The notes below the pieces were generated by a model, which did no database searches, was not told where the DNA came from, and saw only the letters and a program-made list of their open reading frames with translations. A DNA stretch of 64,000 nucleotides from Octopus sinensis (lineage: Eukaryota): positions 24,738,001 to 24,802,000 of the forward strand of contig NC_043003.1 of the NCBI RefSeq assembly GCF_006345805.1, read 5' to 3'. This document shows, piece after piece, positions 26,345 to 40,039 of this stretch. Every line of letters begins with the position of its first letter. Within the stretch, counting starts at the first letter, position 1. A program made the position numbers and the translations under genes.

Positions 26345-26700
26345 ATATATATATATATATATAAATCCAAAAGAATGGAGCAAGAACACAACAGATGACA
26401 ATAAAACATCTGGACAGATAAAAGATGCAAAGATAGACAGGAAAAAACAAGGATGGATCATTTGCAGCCTCCCTTCATCAGTCAAGTCACCAAATTATCC
26501 ATACAGTTTCGGGCAGTTACTTACACTTGAAACTGTTCGAATCTGGCTGCCTCCAAAAATCTAATCTAAGAGCATTAAATTTTGGGGGAGAAAGCAAGCG
26601 AATGTGTACGACAACAATGACAAAAAACAGAGAACATGTTACACAATTACAAATGCAAACAACAGGAAAATAACAACAGGTATCTTTCAACTAAAAAAAA
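26345..26700. mobile_element. Possible Penelope-like element remnant beside (TA)n
   Basis: Contains ccttcatcag...gtttcgg, the reverse of the ctgatgaagg...ccgaaac signature common in Penelope pseudo-LTRs. A similar motif lies at 59095-59125. Confidence 0.35.
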
Positions 26701-26761
26701 GCCCATGCTAGCATGGAAAGCAGGTGCTAAATGATGATGATGATATATATACATATATCTT

Positions 26762-26792
<31 letters not shown>

Positions 26793-28311
26793 GCATGTAT
26801 GAGTGTGTGTGTGTAAACATCATCACTTAACATTCCTTTTTACCTTGCTGGCATGGGTTGGCTGGCTCAACATCAACTGATGAACTAGAGGACTGCACCA
26901 AGGTCCAGTCCCTGCTTTAGCACAATTTCTACAGCTGAATGTCCTTCCTAACACCAACCACCTCGCAGTATACTGGGCGCTTTTGCTATGGCACAAGCAC
27001 TGGTGATACATGCACAATGCATACATACACTTATACATATAAAATTAAGGATATCTGACAAGGCAAAATAACATGTTTCTAGCGGAAACTGCCCTCCATT
27101 TGGATAATGTCACATTCTGATAGGGTTAGACAATTCCAGATTTACCTTCAGGCTTGGCAGGGCTGAAATCTAAAGCCTCAGAATCTAGAGGCTTCCAGTC
27201 AAAGTGGATAATATTTTTGACATTGCCTTATAGCCTTTTGAGAAGGATCCTCACAAGCGAATAGGCCTAGGGCCCCTTTTCATCTAAATCCAGTCCTAGC
27301 AGCAAGTTATGTACCGTCATATTTCTGTCTTTACTATTTTATGCTTCTCCTGTATTTCCCTGCTCATGTTACATTGGCTAATATTACTAATAGTAAATTT
27401 TTGTATTTGAATATCTAACATCAATTATAGAGAATACTTGCTAAGCAAAATGATTTTCTGATAACAATGAGTAATAAAATACAAATGGCAAGTTCGCTCC
27501 CACCCCGCTCTCCTCAGTGTGTGACAGTTGGTGAGTGGGTGGGTAACCACACACATATGGCTTCATACAACCGAACCTCACATTACCTTATTTTGCTCTT
27601 CACAAAACCACCCTGTGGCCACTCCCAACCCTTAACTTTCAATGGTCCAATCAGAATATTGAGCCACTTGCTCTTACTGTATAGTATACTATAAATTAAT
27701 CTATATTATGTGGTTTTATTATGAGAAGTGAATAAAATATGCATGTGCGATTACAATAAATAAACAAGTAATTTTTTTCATGAATAGAAACTTGACAAAG
27801 GAAAGCTAATAATAAATATCTTTATAATTAGATATTGAAAACACATATACAAAACAAAACAAAATGGAAATTGAGAAGTATACATACACCCTATGCCCAC
27901 TCTACATCATTTCCATGGTTTGGTAAAATATCTTACATACACATAGCTGTCCAAATTGACAGTGTGTTAACCTTCTCTGTGAAACACCCACATTTGAAAT
28001 ATGATCTGCAAGTGTTACACTGGTTTTATGGCCAACAGATTCAAGCATCATTGTGCCTGTCCACTTAGTTGTATGATATATAGTTTTTTACGTGTCGACA
28101 TACACACGTGTGTGTGTGTGTAGTCACATTCTTTTTTTCTCTCCATTTTTTTACCTCTTTCCAACTGTTTTCTCCCCTTGTTCCTTTCTGTAGGAGAGCA
28201 TAGGCTTGAAACATCAAAGACTTCTTCCATTTTTATAACTGTCAAACTAATACATCCTGTTTGTTGTTCCCTCTGCTATCCCTCTTTTGTATTTTTGTAG
28301 CATTTTGGACC

Positions 28312-28389
<78 letters not shown>

Positions 28390-28402
28390 ATATGTATGTA
28401 TA

Positions 28403-28585
28403 CAGTAATTCCTCGGTTATCACGAGTGTTACATTCCAAGACCTCCCACAGAAATAATTAAAATCTAAAAAAATATAAATACCTATGGTTGCAGAAACCC
28501 CTGAGGAGTCCACAATATAAATTTACATATATTAGCCAGAAAAATCTGCAATGTACTGAGTGTGCGATATGGTGAGGGATTACTG
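28403..28585. mobile_element. Tigger-like MITE
   Basis: TA|CAGTAATTCCTC...GAGGGATTACTG|TA. Confidence 0.8.
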
Positions 28586-28589
28586 TATA

Positions 28590-28644
<55 letters not shown>

Positions 28645-29446
28645 GTATGTATGTATATGATAGGCTCCATAAGTTTTCCATCTACCAAATTCACTTCACA
28701 AGACATTGGTCAGCCCAGGGCTGTAACAGAAAGCACTTGCCCAAGGTACCACGCAGTAGGACTGGACCCAAAATTACAGAGCAGCAAAGGAAGCCTCTTA
28801 ACCACACACACATGCAAGCAATTGTAAAACTGACAAGTGCTTTGTTGACTTAGCCACCCCTTTTTCAAACTGACCATAATACCATAGCTTCAAGAGGATT
28901 TCCCTGACATATTCTTACTTCTATTCTTTTTACTGGTTTCAATCATTGGGCTGCAGCCACAGAGGGGGAGGGGGAAAGGGCTGCTACCTTTAATGGTTTT
29001 AGCTGATTATATATCAACTTTAGTACTTCGATATTTCTGTTTTAGCCACATCAGCAAGGGGAAGAATGAAGTTGCTGAAGCATAAAAGGGAGGCATCTGA
29101 AGCAAATGGACATGTATGCATGCCTACATATCTATATATACGTATATACATACATGCAGTTACTCTATCCAGATTACAAATTCAGGTTTATACTTGTAAT
29201 TATTGGGGCACGGGGTATATGTAACACACTGCCTAAAAATCAATCTTGAGAAATTTGGCTTCTCAAAACCAGAAAGGCGAAGGCTGATTCAAAGACTATA
29301 GGTCCATTCCATCACTGGAACTATAAAAATCTGTAAAACTTTCCAGAAGTTTATTATTTGAGTATATATGAGCATGTCTAGATATGCAAGTATATGCATG
29401 AGAAGACATACGTAAAACAAAACATACAGATCTGCACATATACATC

Positions 29447-29705
29447 ATCATCATCATCGTTTAACATCCGTTCTCCATGCTAGCATGGGTTGGACAGTTC
29501 GACCGGGGATCTGGGAAGCCAGAAGGCTGCACCAGGCTCCGGTCTTATCTGGCAATGTTTCTACAGCTGGATGCCCTTCCTAACGCCAACCACTCCGTGA
29601 GTGTAGTGGGTGCTTTTTACGTGCCACCTGTACTGGTGCCAGGCAAGGCTGGCATCGGCCAAGGTCGGATTGGTGCATTTTATGTGCCACCTGCACGGAA
29701 GCCAG
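29447..29705 (-). mobile_element. SINE/LINE tail of RTE type with (GAT)n end
   Basis: Conserved cgtttaacatccg..ccatgctagcatgggttggac...gcccttcctaacgccaaccactcc. Many copies: 10920-11140, 32073-32440, 32490-32665, 35030-35205, 35441-35790, 38070-38350, 52275-52672. Confidence 0.8.
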
Positions 29706-32700
29706 GTACATACGTACAAAAATACCTTGTTGTTGATGTTGAAATTCCAATGAAGGAGTCTTGGATCCAGGTTAAAAACCAGCTCTTTCTCTATTGGCAA
29801 GAAATATTGAAATAAAACTGAATAATTACATACAGACAGACAGACAGACAGCTTTGACAGCTTCTGTCTATCAAATCTCACTCTCGAGGCTATTGTAGAA
29901 GACATTTGACCAACGTTACCACACAGCAGGATCAAATCCCAGATCACACAGCCATATCTTAACTGTAAACAAAGTCTTTATTGATAGCCTGTGTCCAATC
30001 AATAGGTTATGCAACTCTTACAATGGAATGGAGGCAAGATACTGTCTTGCCTCTAGAACTCTGGTTTACACATCAATATTAGTCAATGGGTTGATTTATT
30101 TGTTTGTTTTATATACTAACTAATGAGATTAACTTCATTGTAACTAGTAGAATAGTGTAACAAATAGGACTAATTAGAATGTGTGTGTGTACAATAGCTA
30201 GTCTTTCGGTCTTTCTCTCACATACATACACGTAGGCATTCTCTATTTTTCTTTCACATATCTACACACAGATACTCTTTGATTTATTTATATATATATA
30301 TATATATGTATAGCATATGTATGCGTGTGTGTTTGTATATATGTGTATGTGTGTGTGTATATATATACACAGATAGATAGATGTGTATATGTATGTATAT
30401 ATATATATATATGTGTGTGTGTGTATTTATATGTATATGTATGTGTGTGTGTATATATATATGTGTGTGTGTATATGTATGTATGTGTATATATGTGTGT
30501 GTGTGTCTATTATAGATATATATATATATATTATGGCGTATGTAAACAATTTATCTTTCTACTTGTTCTATATATATATATGTATGTATGTATAACTTCA
30601 TAAGTGCCAACACACAGAACTCTTGGACCTTGAGTCATTCTGTTACTTCTAAATTTTAATAAAAATGTGTGTGTATATATATATATCAAATACACATGTA
30701 CACGCACGCACACGCATACATAGGATCCTTCTTTCCCTCTTTCTCTTACATACACACACTTGCTTGCACACACATATACATGCAGGCACAATCCTCTCGA
30801 TCTCCAGCTATACACGTATGTGTTATGTATGCATGTATAATGATGCTAAAATGCCTGGTTATTGATTACACATGCAAACATAGATATGCATAGATATAAA
30901 GGTGGCGTTTGAATGTTTAAATATCGATTTCTTTTAACTTGGCACCGGACCATCTTATGTAATGAAGGTCAGGGGGGGGGGATCGAGTGCGGTGGCGGTG
31001 GTGGGTGTGGGTGACAGGGGTGGAATGGTCGGCGGCGGGGAGGGATGCAAGGGCAATGGTTGACTTCATTGACCTCAATATGGCTACATTTACATCAGTG
31101 GCTTCTGAACTCAGAATGTATTGCGAAGAAACAGAATATATTGAGGCATATATTCTTCCAACACCCTGTTGTTTTCTGCCAGCTCTTTGCCATTCTAGTA
31201 CCACACGTACACACATACACACACACACACACACTCTCTCTCTCTCTCTTTCTCATGCTCACTCCCTCTCACCCCTCTATATATGTGTGTGTGTGTGTAT
31301 ACGTGTGCATATGCATGTATTTATGTAATTGTACATCTTTATATATGTATATGTATATAATGTATGTGTATGTATCCTTAAACACATTTATACACTCATG
31401 ATATACATGTACGTGCCTACATATTCACTCTCCACACACAAACATTCATGTATATGCATATATACAGCTATATAGTATTGTTTTAAAGTTTAACTATTGG
31501 TACACATACACACACACTCTCTCTTTTCATATACACCTACACATACATACATACATTCTCTCCACAAATTTGAAAACACACACACATTACACTTCACTAC
31601 AATACAGTCATGCTATTCAATGCTGTTTTAATGTTTTAAGCAATTGTATGTAGACGTACAAACCCACTCACATACCTCCCCCCTCTCTCTCTTTCTGTAT
31701 CTCTCGCTTTTCCTCTCCCCCATACATACAAACACTCAGAGCATTGTCTAAATGTTTAAACTTCCCTCTCTTTATCGAATCAATACTCTGGTTATTGGAT
31801 CAGCAAGTTGGCTTTCTTGGATTGACAAACAAGCTCACTATTGATCCCCTACCAACTGTTGCTTTTTCTGCTCTGAGAACTGAAGATTACTCTAGTAATG
31901 TGTTGCAACATTGCAAAAAATTTACACAGCTCTACATATTCCAGTGCAAGGATTCCCAAACATTTTCCTCTGATGTGCCCCTTCATCACGACCAGACAGC
32001 GACAGTATATCTCATGTGAATAACGTAGTGTAAAAGGATTGAATACCATAGAAGAAACAATAGGCATTTCATCATCATCATCATCATCATCGTTTAACGT
32101 CCGCCTTCCATGCTAGCATGGGTTGGACGATTTTGACTGAGGGCTGGCAAACCAGACGGCCGCACCAGGCTCCAATCTTGATCTGGCAGAGTTTCTACAG
32201 CTGGATGCCCTTCCTAACGCCAACCACTCCGAGAGTGTAGTGGGTGCTTTTTACGTGCCGCTGGCATGAGGCTAGTCAGACGGTACTGGCAATGACCTCG
32301 CTCGAATCGTTTTACACATGCCACCGGCACAGGTGCCAGTAAGGCAACTTTGGTAACAATCACGCTCGAATGGTGCCCTTTTACGTGCCACCGGCATGGA
32401 GCCGGTTGGCTGCTCTGGCAATGATCACACTCGGATGGTGGTGCCACGTAGAAAACACTTGTGTCAGTTCCACATAAAAGTGCTCATGCTGTGCCACGTT
32501 AAAAGCACCCAGCACACACACTAAAGTGGTTGGCATTAGGAAGGGCACCCAGCCATAGAAACCAAGCCAAAATCAGACTGGAACCTGGTGCAGCTGTCCA
32601 GCTTGCAAGCTCCAGTTAAATCATCCAACCCATGTCAGCATGCAAAAAGGGACATTAAAGAATGATGATACTCTTTCTCTTTACTCTTCTACTCGTTTCA

Positions 32701-34697
32701 GTCATTTGACTGCGGCCATGCTGGAGCACCGCCTTTTAGTTGAGCAAATCGACCCCAGGACTTATTCTTTGGAAGCCTAGTACTTATTCTATCGGTCTCT
32801 TTTGCCGAACCACTAAGTTACGAGGACGTAAACACACCAGCATCGGTTGTCAAGCGATGTTGGGGGCGGACAAACACAGACACGCAAACATACACATACA
32901 TATATATATATATATACATATACACAATGGGCTTCTTTCAGTTTCAATCTACCAAATCCACTTGGTCGGCCCGAGGCTATAGTAGAAGACACTTGCCCAA
33001 AGTGCCATGCAGTGGGAATGAACCCGGAACCATGTGGTTGGTAAGCAAGCTACTTACCACACAGCCACTCCTGCACCTATAATGATGATGATATTAATTT
33101 TAATTTAACCTTTTTGATACTAATCTGCCTGATATTACCCTTGGTTCCGTGATACAAATTCCATTTTAAAAAGTGATCTGAAAGAAAACCTTCAATCAAA
33201 ATTTCATGTTAATTTATATTCCAAACACCAGTTTAATAAGGAAATAATGTATGTCTGTGTTTTTGTGTGATCTTGTCTTGACATTACGCAACAGTTGTAA
33301 ACAAGTTTCACCTTCGTACAAGTTGTGTCGTTCATTTCCAGCCTCCTGTGAAAGCATGTCCAGACATGGGGTACAGTTACCCTACTTGGAAATGGGTGTG
33401 GGTTGACGACAGCAAAGGGTGGGCCAAGTTGTAGAAAATTTGCTTCAGTGAATTCCATCTGTTCCATGCAAGCATGAAAAAAGTGGGCATTAAAACAATG
33501 ACGACAACTGTGGTAATGATGATGATAACGATGATAACGATAATGACTGTGATGATGATGATGACGACGACGAAGACAATGATGATGATCTCCTTTAGGC
33601 ACTAAATGCTATCACTAAACTTGTTGCAGAGATTTACACCTGAACAAGCTAAAATGTCTAATACAAGATTCAAATATTTCCTAGTTTCGTTTATTCTTTT
33701 TTCTTATTTTCAGTTACTTTTTTTTGTTTTGTTTTCTTTAAATTTATTCTTCACTGATTCATTCATTCATTCATTCAGTCATTCATTCATTCTTGTGTAA
33801 AAAGGATTTCATCTCAACACTGCAAACCATTTAACCACAAATCAGTTTTCCAGTTAGTTTAGCATTCTATTAAAGCTCACTGAGTTGCATGCTCTCTCTC
33901 TCTCCCTCCTCAGTGTATCTCTGTCTTTCTCCACCTCTGTCTCTGTCTCTTTCTTGCTTTCTTCCTCCCGCCTTCCCTCTCTCTTACTCTCTCTTCTACT
34001 GTTAAATGAGGAGGCGCTAAGAGGATCTCATCACTTCACCTTCTGAACATCTCAGTATAGTGTCAACGACAAGATTTGAACTCAAATCTCTTTGGTCAAA
34101 AGGCCACCTCTTTATTCACACAACTGTCCTGACTATTCACCTCCCTATTCATACACCTAACCCTAATGATACCGACTCTTCCATCTTCAGGAGAATATTC
34201 ACAAAAAAATAGAATAACAGTAGTATCCATCTCTCCATTTTCCTCTTTATTATTACTAAGGTGGCAAGCTGGCAGAAACATTAGCACACTGGGCAAAATG
34301 CTTAGCAGTATTTCTTCTGTCTTTACATTCTGAGTTCAAATTCCACCAAGGTCGACTTTGCCTTTCATCCTTTGGGGGTTCATAAAATAAGTTCCAGCTT
34401 AGCACTGGGGTCGATGTAATCGGCTTATCCACTCCCCCAAAATACTGCTGGTCTTGTGCCAAAATTTGAAACTATTATTAGTATTATTTAAGGTTTTTGA
34501 GCTGGTAGAATCATTAACATGCCAGGCAAAATGCTTAATAACATTTCATCCGTCTTTACGGTCTGAGTTTGAAATCTGCTGAGGTTGATTTTATCTTTCA
34601 TCAATCTGGGGGCAATAAGATAAGTACCATTGGAACCCTGAGGTCAATTTAATCGACTAAGCCCCTACCCTGAACTTACTGTGCCAAAATGTGAAAC

Positions 34698-34737
<40 letters not shown>

Positions 34738-34973
34738 GTTATTATTATTATTATTATTCTATGTTTGACTTTTGCTTTATATTTGTACAAGTTGACTCCA
34801 AGTCTCACCCAGAGACCTCAAGAGACAACAGGGTTGGAAGTTCATGTTGTTGTTATGCCTAGTGTGCCATATATTTGGGGGGTGGGGGTGTTGTACTAAT
34901 GAATGTCTATAAAAAAGTTTTTTTTTTTTTAAACCGAAAATTATGTTTGTTTTAAACCTTGAGATTACATAGA

Positions 34974-35010
<37 letters not shown>

Positions 35011-36822
35011 GTTATTATTATTATTATTTAACTACACTCACAGAGTGGTTGGTGTTAGGAAGGGCATCCAGCTGTAGAAACACTGCCAGATCAGACTGGA
35101 GCCGGGTGCAGCCTCCTGGCTTCCCAGACCCCGGTTGAACCGTCCAACCCATGCTAGCACGGAAAACAGACGTTAAACGATGATGATGATGATGATGATG
35201 ATGATGTGGTGAGTTGGCAGAATTGTTAGCACACTGGACGAAATGCTTAGTGGTATTTCACCCATCGCTACATTCTGAATTCAAATCCGCTGAGGTCAAC
35301 TTTACCTTTCATCCTTTTGGGATCATTAAAGTAAATACCAGTTGAACATTGGGGTCAATGTAATCCACTCATCTCATCACCTAAAAAATTGCTGCCCTTG
35401 TAGCAAAATTTGAAACCAGAGCTGTGGCCATGCATGTGTGTATCATCATCATCATTGTTTAACATTCGTTTTCCATGCTGGCATGGGTTAGACAGTTTGA
35501 CTGAGGTCTGGAAAGGCAGCGGCTGCACCAGGCTCCAATCTGATCTAGCAATGTTTCTACAGCTGGATGCCCTTCCTAACGCCAACCACCCCAAGAGTAT
35601 ACTGGGTGCTTTTTACATGCCACCAGCACAAGAGCCAGTCAGGGGCCACTGGCATCGGCCATATTCGGATGGTGCTTTTTATGTGTCACCGGCACGGGAG
35701 CCACTCAGGCAGCCCTGGCATCGATCACATTCAGACAGTGCTTTTTACGTGCCACCGGCACAGGATCCGGTTGGGGGCACTGGCATCAGCCACACATATA
35801 TAGTGTGTGTGTGTGTGCGTGCGTGTGTAAGACCTTGCAGTACACTCAGTATGATGCCAGCAGCAAGTCAAATCTGCAATATAGTTCTAAAATCTCAGAT
35901 TCATTTATTTTATTTCTCTTGGTTTAAGGTCCTTCAGAAAAAGAAGCATGGAGACACAGTCTCTCCCCACCTTTTCAATATTGCTCTATAAAAAAAAAAA
36001 TTTCTCTGGGTTCCCTTCTATTCTACCAATCTTCTTAATCATGAGTCATTTGTTATGTTTGTCATGTCAAAAGTTCATTTAAAACCCTACATCATGCTGC
36101 TGTATTTAATTTTTGAGTGTTTTGTTTGTTTTTGTTTTGTTTTTTTTTTATGCCAGACAGCAAGTTTTAGTGTTTTTCTTATCAAACATTTGATGTCAGC
36201 AACTAGCCTTGATAATTGTAAAGAGCTTTTAAACAACAACAATCTTTTCAAGATTCTTTGGAAAAATCTAAATCTTGTTCAAGCTTGTCCAAATTCACAT
36301 TATACTGTTTTAATTAGGTTTTGTAGTAATGACCTAGTGTTCTCAATTAATGTTAACAGTTCTTAATGTTGTCCTTGTTGAATATTTATTTATTATTATT
36401 ATTTGCAATTGGTGAAGAAAGCCTCAATGGTTTCATGGTTTCCAAGAATGCTGCCATTCACTGTTTCATTGCATTTCTGATGGTGACAGTGACAAGGAAG
36501 GGTCACCGACTACAATTTCTTAACCAAGTTTATGCCATTGCCATTTATGCACACACACATATGCATGCACATATGTTAAAGTTTGTTTTTATGTCAAGTT
36601 ATATATAGAAACAATTTAACATCAAACTAGAGGATAATTTTTCATAATATATGTGTTTATTAAACTCACTGTCACTGTTGACTTTTATAGTATATCTAGG
36701 ATATAATTTGAGAAAACTTTGCTCATATAACTACCAGGTCAAGTTACCTTTTAGGGTGTCCCTGATTGGCTTTCAGACAATAAGAAGTTAATTTATAAGG
36801 GGGAACTTACTTGCCATGTAGC

Positions 36823-37533
36823 TGACCAACTGGCTTGCTCTTATGTTGGTAGCAGATCAACTGGCCTGCTCGTATACTGGTAGCAGATCAACTGGCCTGC
36901 TCGTATACTGGTAGCAGATCAAATGGCCTGCTCGTATACTGGTAGCAGATCAACTGGTTTGCTCGTATACTGGCAGCAGATCAACTTACCTGCTCATATA
37001 CTGGTAGCAGATCAACTGGTCTACTCGTATATTGGTAGCAGATCAACTGGCCTGCTTGTATACTATTACTGGATCAACTGGCCTGCACAAATACTTGTAT
37101 CAGATCAACTGGCCTGCATGAATACTGGTAACAGATCAACTGGCCTGCTTGTATACTGGTAGCAGATCAACTGGCCTGCACAAATACTTGTATCAGATCA
37201 ACTGGCCCGCATGAATACTGGTAGCAGATCAACTGGCCTGCTCGTATACTGGTTGCAGATCAACTGACCTGCTCGTATACTGGTTGCAGATCAACTGACC
37301 TGCTCGTATACTGGTTGCAGATCAACTGGCCTGCACAAATACTGGTAGCGAATCAACTGGCCTGCTCTTATACTTGTAGCAGATCAACTGGCCTGCTCGT
37401 ATACTGGTAGCAGATCAACTGGCCTGCTCGTATACTGGTAGCAGATCAACTGGCCTGCTCGTATACTGGTAGCAGATCAACTGGCCTGCTCTTATGTTGG
37501 TACCAGATCAACTGGCCTGCTCATATACTTCCA
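36823..37533. repeat. 31-bp minisatellite, about 23 copies
   Basis: Consensus AGATCAACTGGCCTGCTCGTATACTGGTAGC in contiguous head-to-tail units, with no spacers. Confidence 0.95.
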
Positions 37534-39077
37534 CTAGTTATATATGAGGATGAAGCCAAAATAAGGCAGAAACATATCTGAAGTTGTATCTGATATATTT
37601 TCTGGGAAAAAAGAAGAAAAAATCATTAGCCATCAGCTAATATTATTGATTTTTATTATGCCATATTTTTTCAAACTGCATATTTTATTGTACTTAAACT
37701 TTTTAATGTTCCACACATTAAATATATTAACATTTATGCAGCTAATGTTGTTTATACAGATGGTATCTCTGGAATTATTTAATGTCTGTAGTTTTTATAG
37801 TTAACCTGTAAATTGTCAATTTATTTCTCTTTGAGAGTATGCAATTTTGCCACTGTAATCATCAAATAGCTGTTACATAATTTGACTTGTACATTGTCGA
37901 ATATGTTACATAAGCATTCAATTCATGTCTGAATATGCCATAAAATATTTCTGGCATTGTGTCAAACTGAGAATTGATATTTAACATGTGTGATTGTATG
38001 GTTAAGAAGTTTGCTTCCCAACTACATGGTTTCAGGTTCAATCCCACTTTGTGGCAACCTTTTTTCACTTTGCCGCTGGACTGGCTCCTGTGCAGGTGGC
38101 ACATAAAAAGCACTATTTGAGCATGACCGTCGCCAGTACCACCTGACTGGCCCTCATGCTGGTGGCACATAAAAGCACCCACTACACTCTCAGAGTGGTT
38201 GGCGTTAGGAAGTGTATCCAGCTATAGATACTCTGCCAGATCAGATTGGAGTCTGGTGCAGCCATCTGGTTCACCAGACTTCAGTCAAATCGTCCAACCC
38301 ATGCTAGCATGGAAAACAGACGTTAAATGATGATGATGATGATGATGATGGTACACTTATATTCTTTTCAAAATTTGGCGGCACACCTGAACTAAAGACA
38401 TAACTAAAAATATAAGGAAAAAATTATATTCTTGTTAAACTGTGGCACACATAGCATCATCTCGTGGCACACCAGTGTACTGTGGCATACCAGTTGCAGA
38501 GCACTGCTATAGCCTATAGAAACTGAAAGAAACCCATTGTGTGTGTGTGTGTGTGTGTATGTGCAGATGTGGCTGTCTCATTAAGAAGCTTACTTCCCAA
38601 CCATGTAGTCTTGGTTTCAGCCCTGCTTGGGGAAATGTCTTCTACTATAGCTCCAGGCCATCCAAAACCTTATGAGTGTATTTGGTTAATAGAAACTGAA
38701 AGAAGCTTGTATTTATGTGTGAGTGTGGTCATAATAGTTTACCATCGGTTTTTCTCTTCCTTTTGCCATATTATAATGTTCGAGAGCTTTTCAAAGTTTT
38801 GCATACATTTTCATTCTTTTATATCTTTTACAATTCCAAACTTTTCTTTCTTCTTTCTTTTTTTTTTATGCTGTTGTTGTTACAACTAGCTCTATTGTGT
38901 CCATATTTGGTACTTTTTCCTGCTTTCAAAAATACACATTCTGATAACCAATCAATCATTGGTCAAGTTTGATTGATATTGTGTGAGCGACCATTCACGT
39001 TGATGCCAAAGATCATGCATGCTTCAGACAAAAGGTATGTGTGAGTGTATGTTTGCAAGTATTTATGTGTGTATGTA

Positions 39078-39130
<53 letters not shown>

Positions 39131-39399
39131 TGAGAGAGAGAGAGAGAGAGAGAGTGAGTGAGTGAGTGAGAGAGACAGAGAGGCTGAGATACAGACAGAC
39201 AGAGGGGTGGGGAGACAGACAGACATGTGTATTCTCTTACTAACTCTGTTCAGAGGGCTGTGATCATGCTGGAACATAATAAATGTTGCGTGTTTAATAC
39301 AAACATATTTTTATATCAAACAGAGAAGCTTACTGTTTTTCATATCAGATAGCATTTTAATCTGTGCTTAACATAACCACCATCCTCTCCTCGCCCATA

Positions 39400-39610
39400 T
39401 ACATTAAAAATCGGTTTTTCAAAGAAGAATATCTTATTACCCTCAAACGACATCTGGACAGATTCCTTTGAGGGATACCAGACAAACCACCTATACTTGA
39501 ATACATCTTAGTCAGCAACAATTCCCTGCTCAGATAGGCTATGATACCACAAAACTGACTTAAAAATTACTCAACAGATTCAGGTGGTGCCATTAGCGCT
39601 TTGCCTGTCC
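39400..39610 (+). mobile_element. CR1/L2-clade LINE 3' end remnant
   Basis: Translation LKRHLDRFL*GIPDKPPILEY....NNSLL matches the typical ORF2 C-terminal FK..LD.FL..IPD.P...NSL pattern. Confidence 0.65.
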
Positions 39611-39736
39611 AAAGCATTTTCATAAGTTTGTCCTAAATGTCCGTGCTTGTTGTTAGACCTTTTTAGTTAGACCTTTCATATGTTCTTAGTAATAAATATA
39701 AAGCTTTCCTTTCATAAGTCTTAAGTTGTTCTAGTG

Positions 39737-40039
39737 CAGTGGCTTCCAAAGTGGGCTGTATTGACCCTCTGGTGACGGTGGGAAGTTCCAAGGGGGCATT
39801 GAAGAAAAGTTGTGCGATAATGGGGTAGCGACTCATATGGGGCAATAATGGGATGGCAATTCATGTAAAAACAACAAAATAATGGGTCCATTAGGTTAAG
39901 TTTTATTTGTGAAAAACAGTTGCTTTGAATTTGCTTCAGAAATAGGTCTATGCTTGTGATGGTTTGTTGCGGTGGGGGCGCTAGGAATATAGTCTGGGTG
40001 TCAAGGGGACAGCAGCCCGAAAAAGTTTGGGAACCTTTG
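39737..40039. mobile_element. hAT (Charlie-like) MITE with 8-bp TSD
   Basis: Termini cagtggcttccaaagt / aagtttgggaacctttg. TSD ttctagtg (39729-39736) and ctctagtg (40040-40047), 7/8 match. Confidence 0.82.

Noticed and set aside
27146-27227. Minus-strand exon-like frame NVKNIIHFDWKPLDSEALDFSPAKPE with donor gtaaat
   Set aside because: No pyrimidine tract at the acceptor, and it lies next to a hAT-like terminal sequence, so probably TE-derived.
31080-31112. ATFTSVASE resembles ArfGAP1 ASRFASAAKE
   Set aside because: No acceptor, no phase-0 donor, and no GWSSF upstream; likely chance similarity.
35410-35991. 193-aa ORF and similar ORFs at 29477-29815, 32214-32447, 52937-53350 (LQLDALPNANH motif)
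   Set aside because: They lie within copies of the same SINE tail; the recurring peptide reflects repeat sequence, not a gene family.
36823-37533. Regular 31-bp repeats suggesting a CRISPR array
   Set aside because: Units are contiguous with no unique spacers, there are no cas genes, and the context is a eukaryotic intron.
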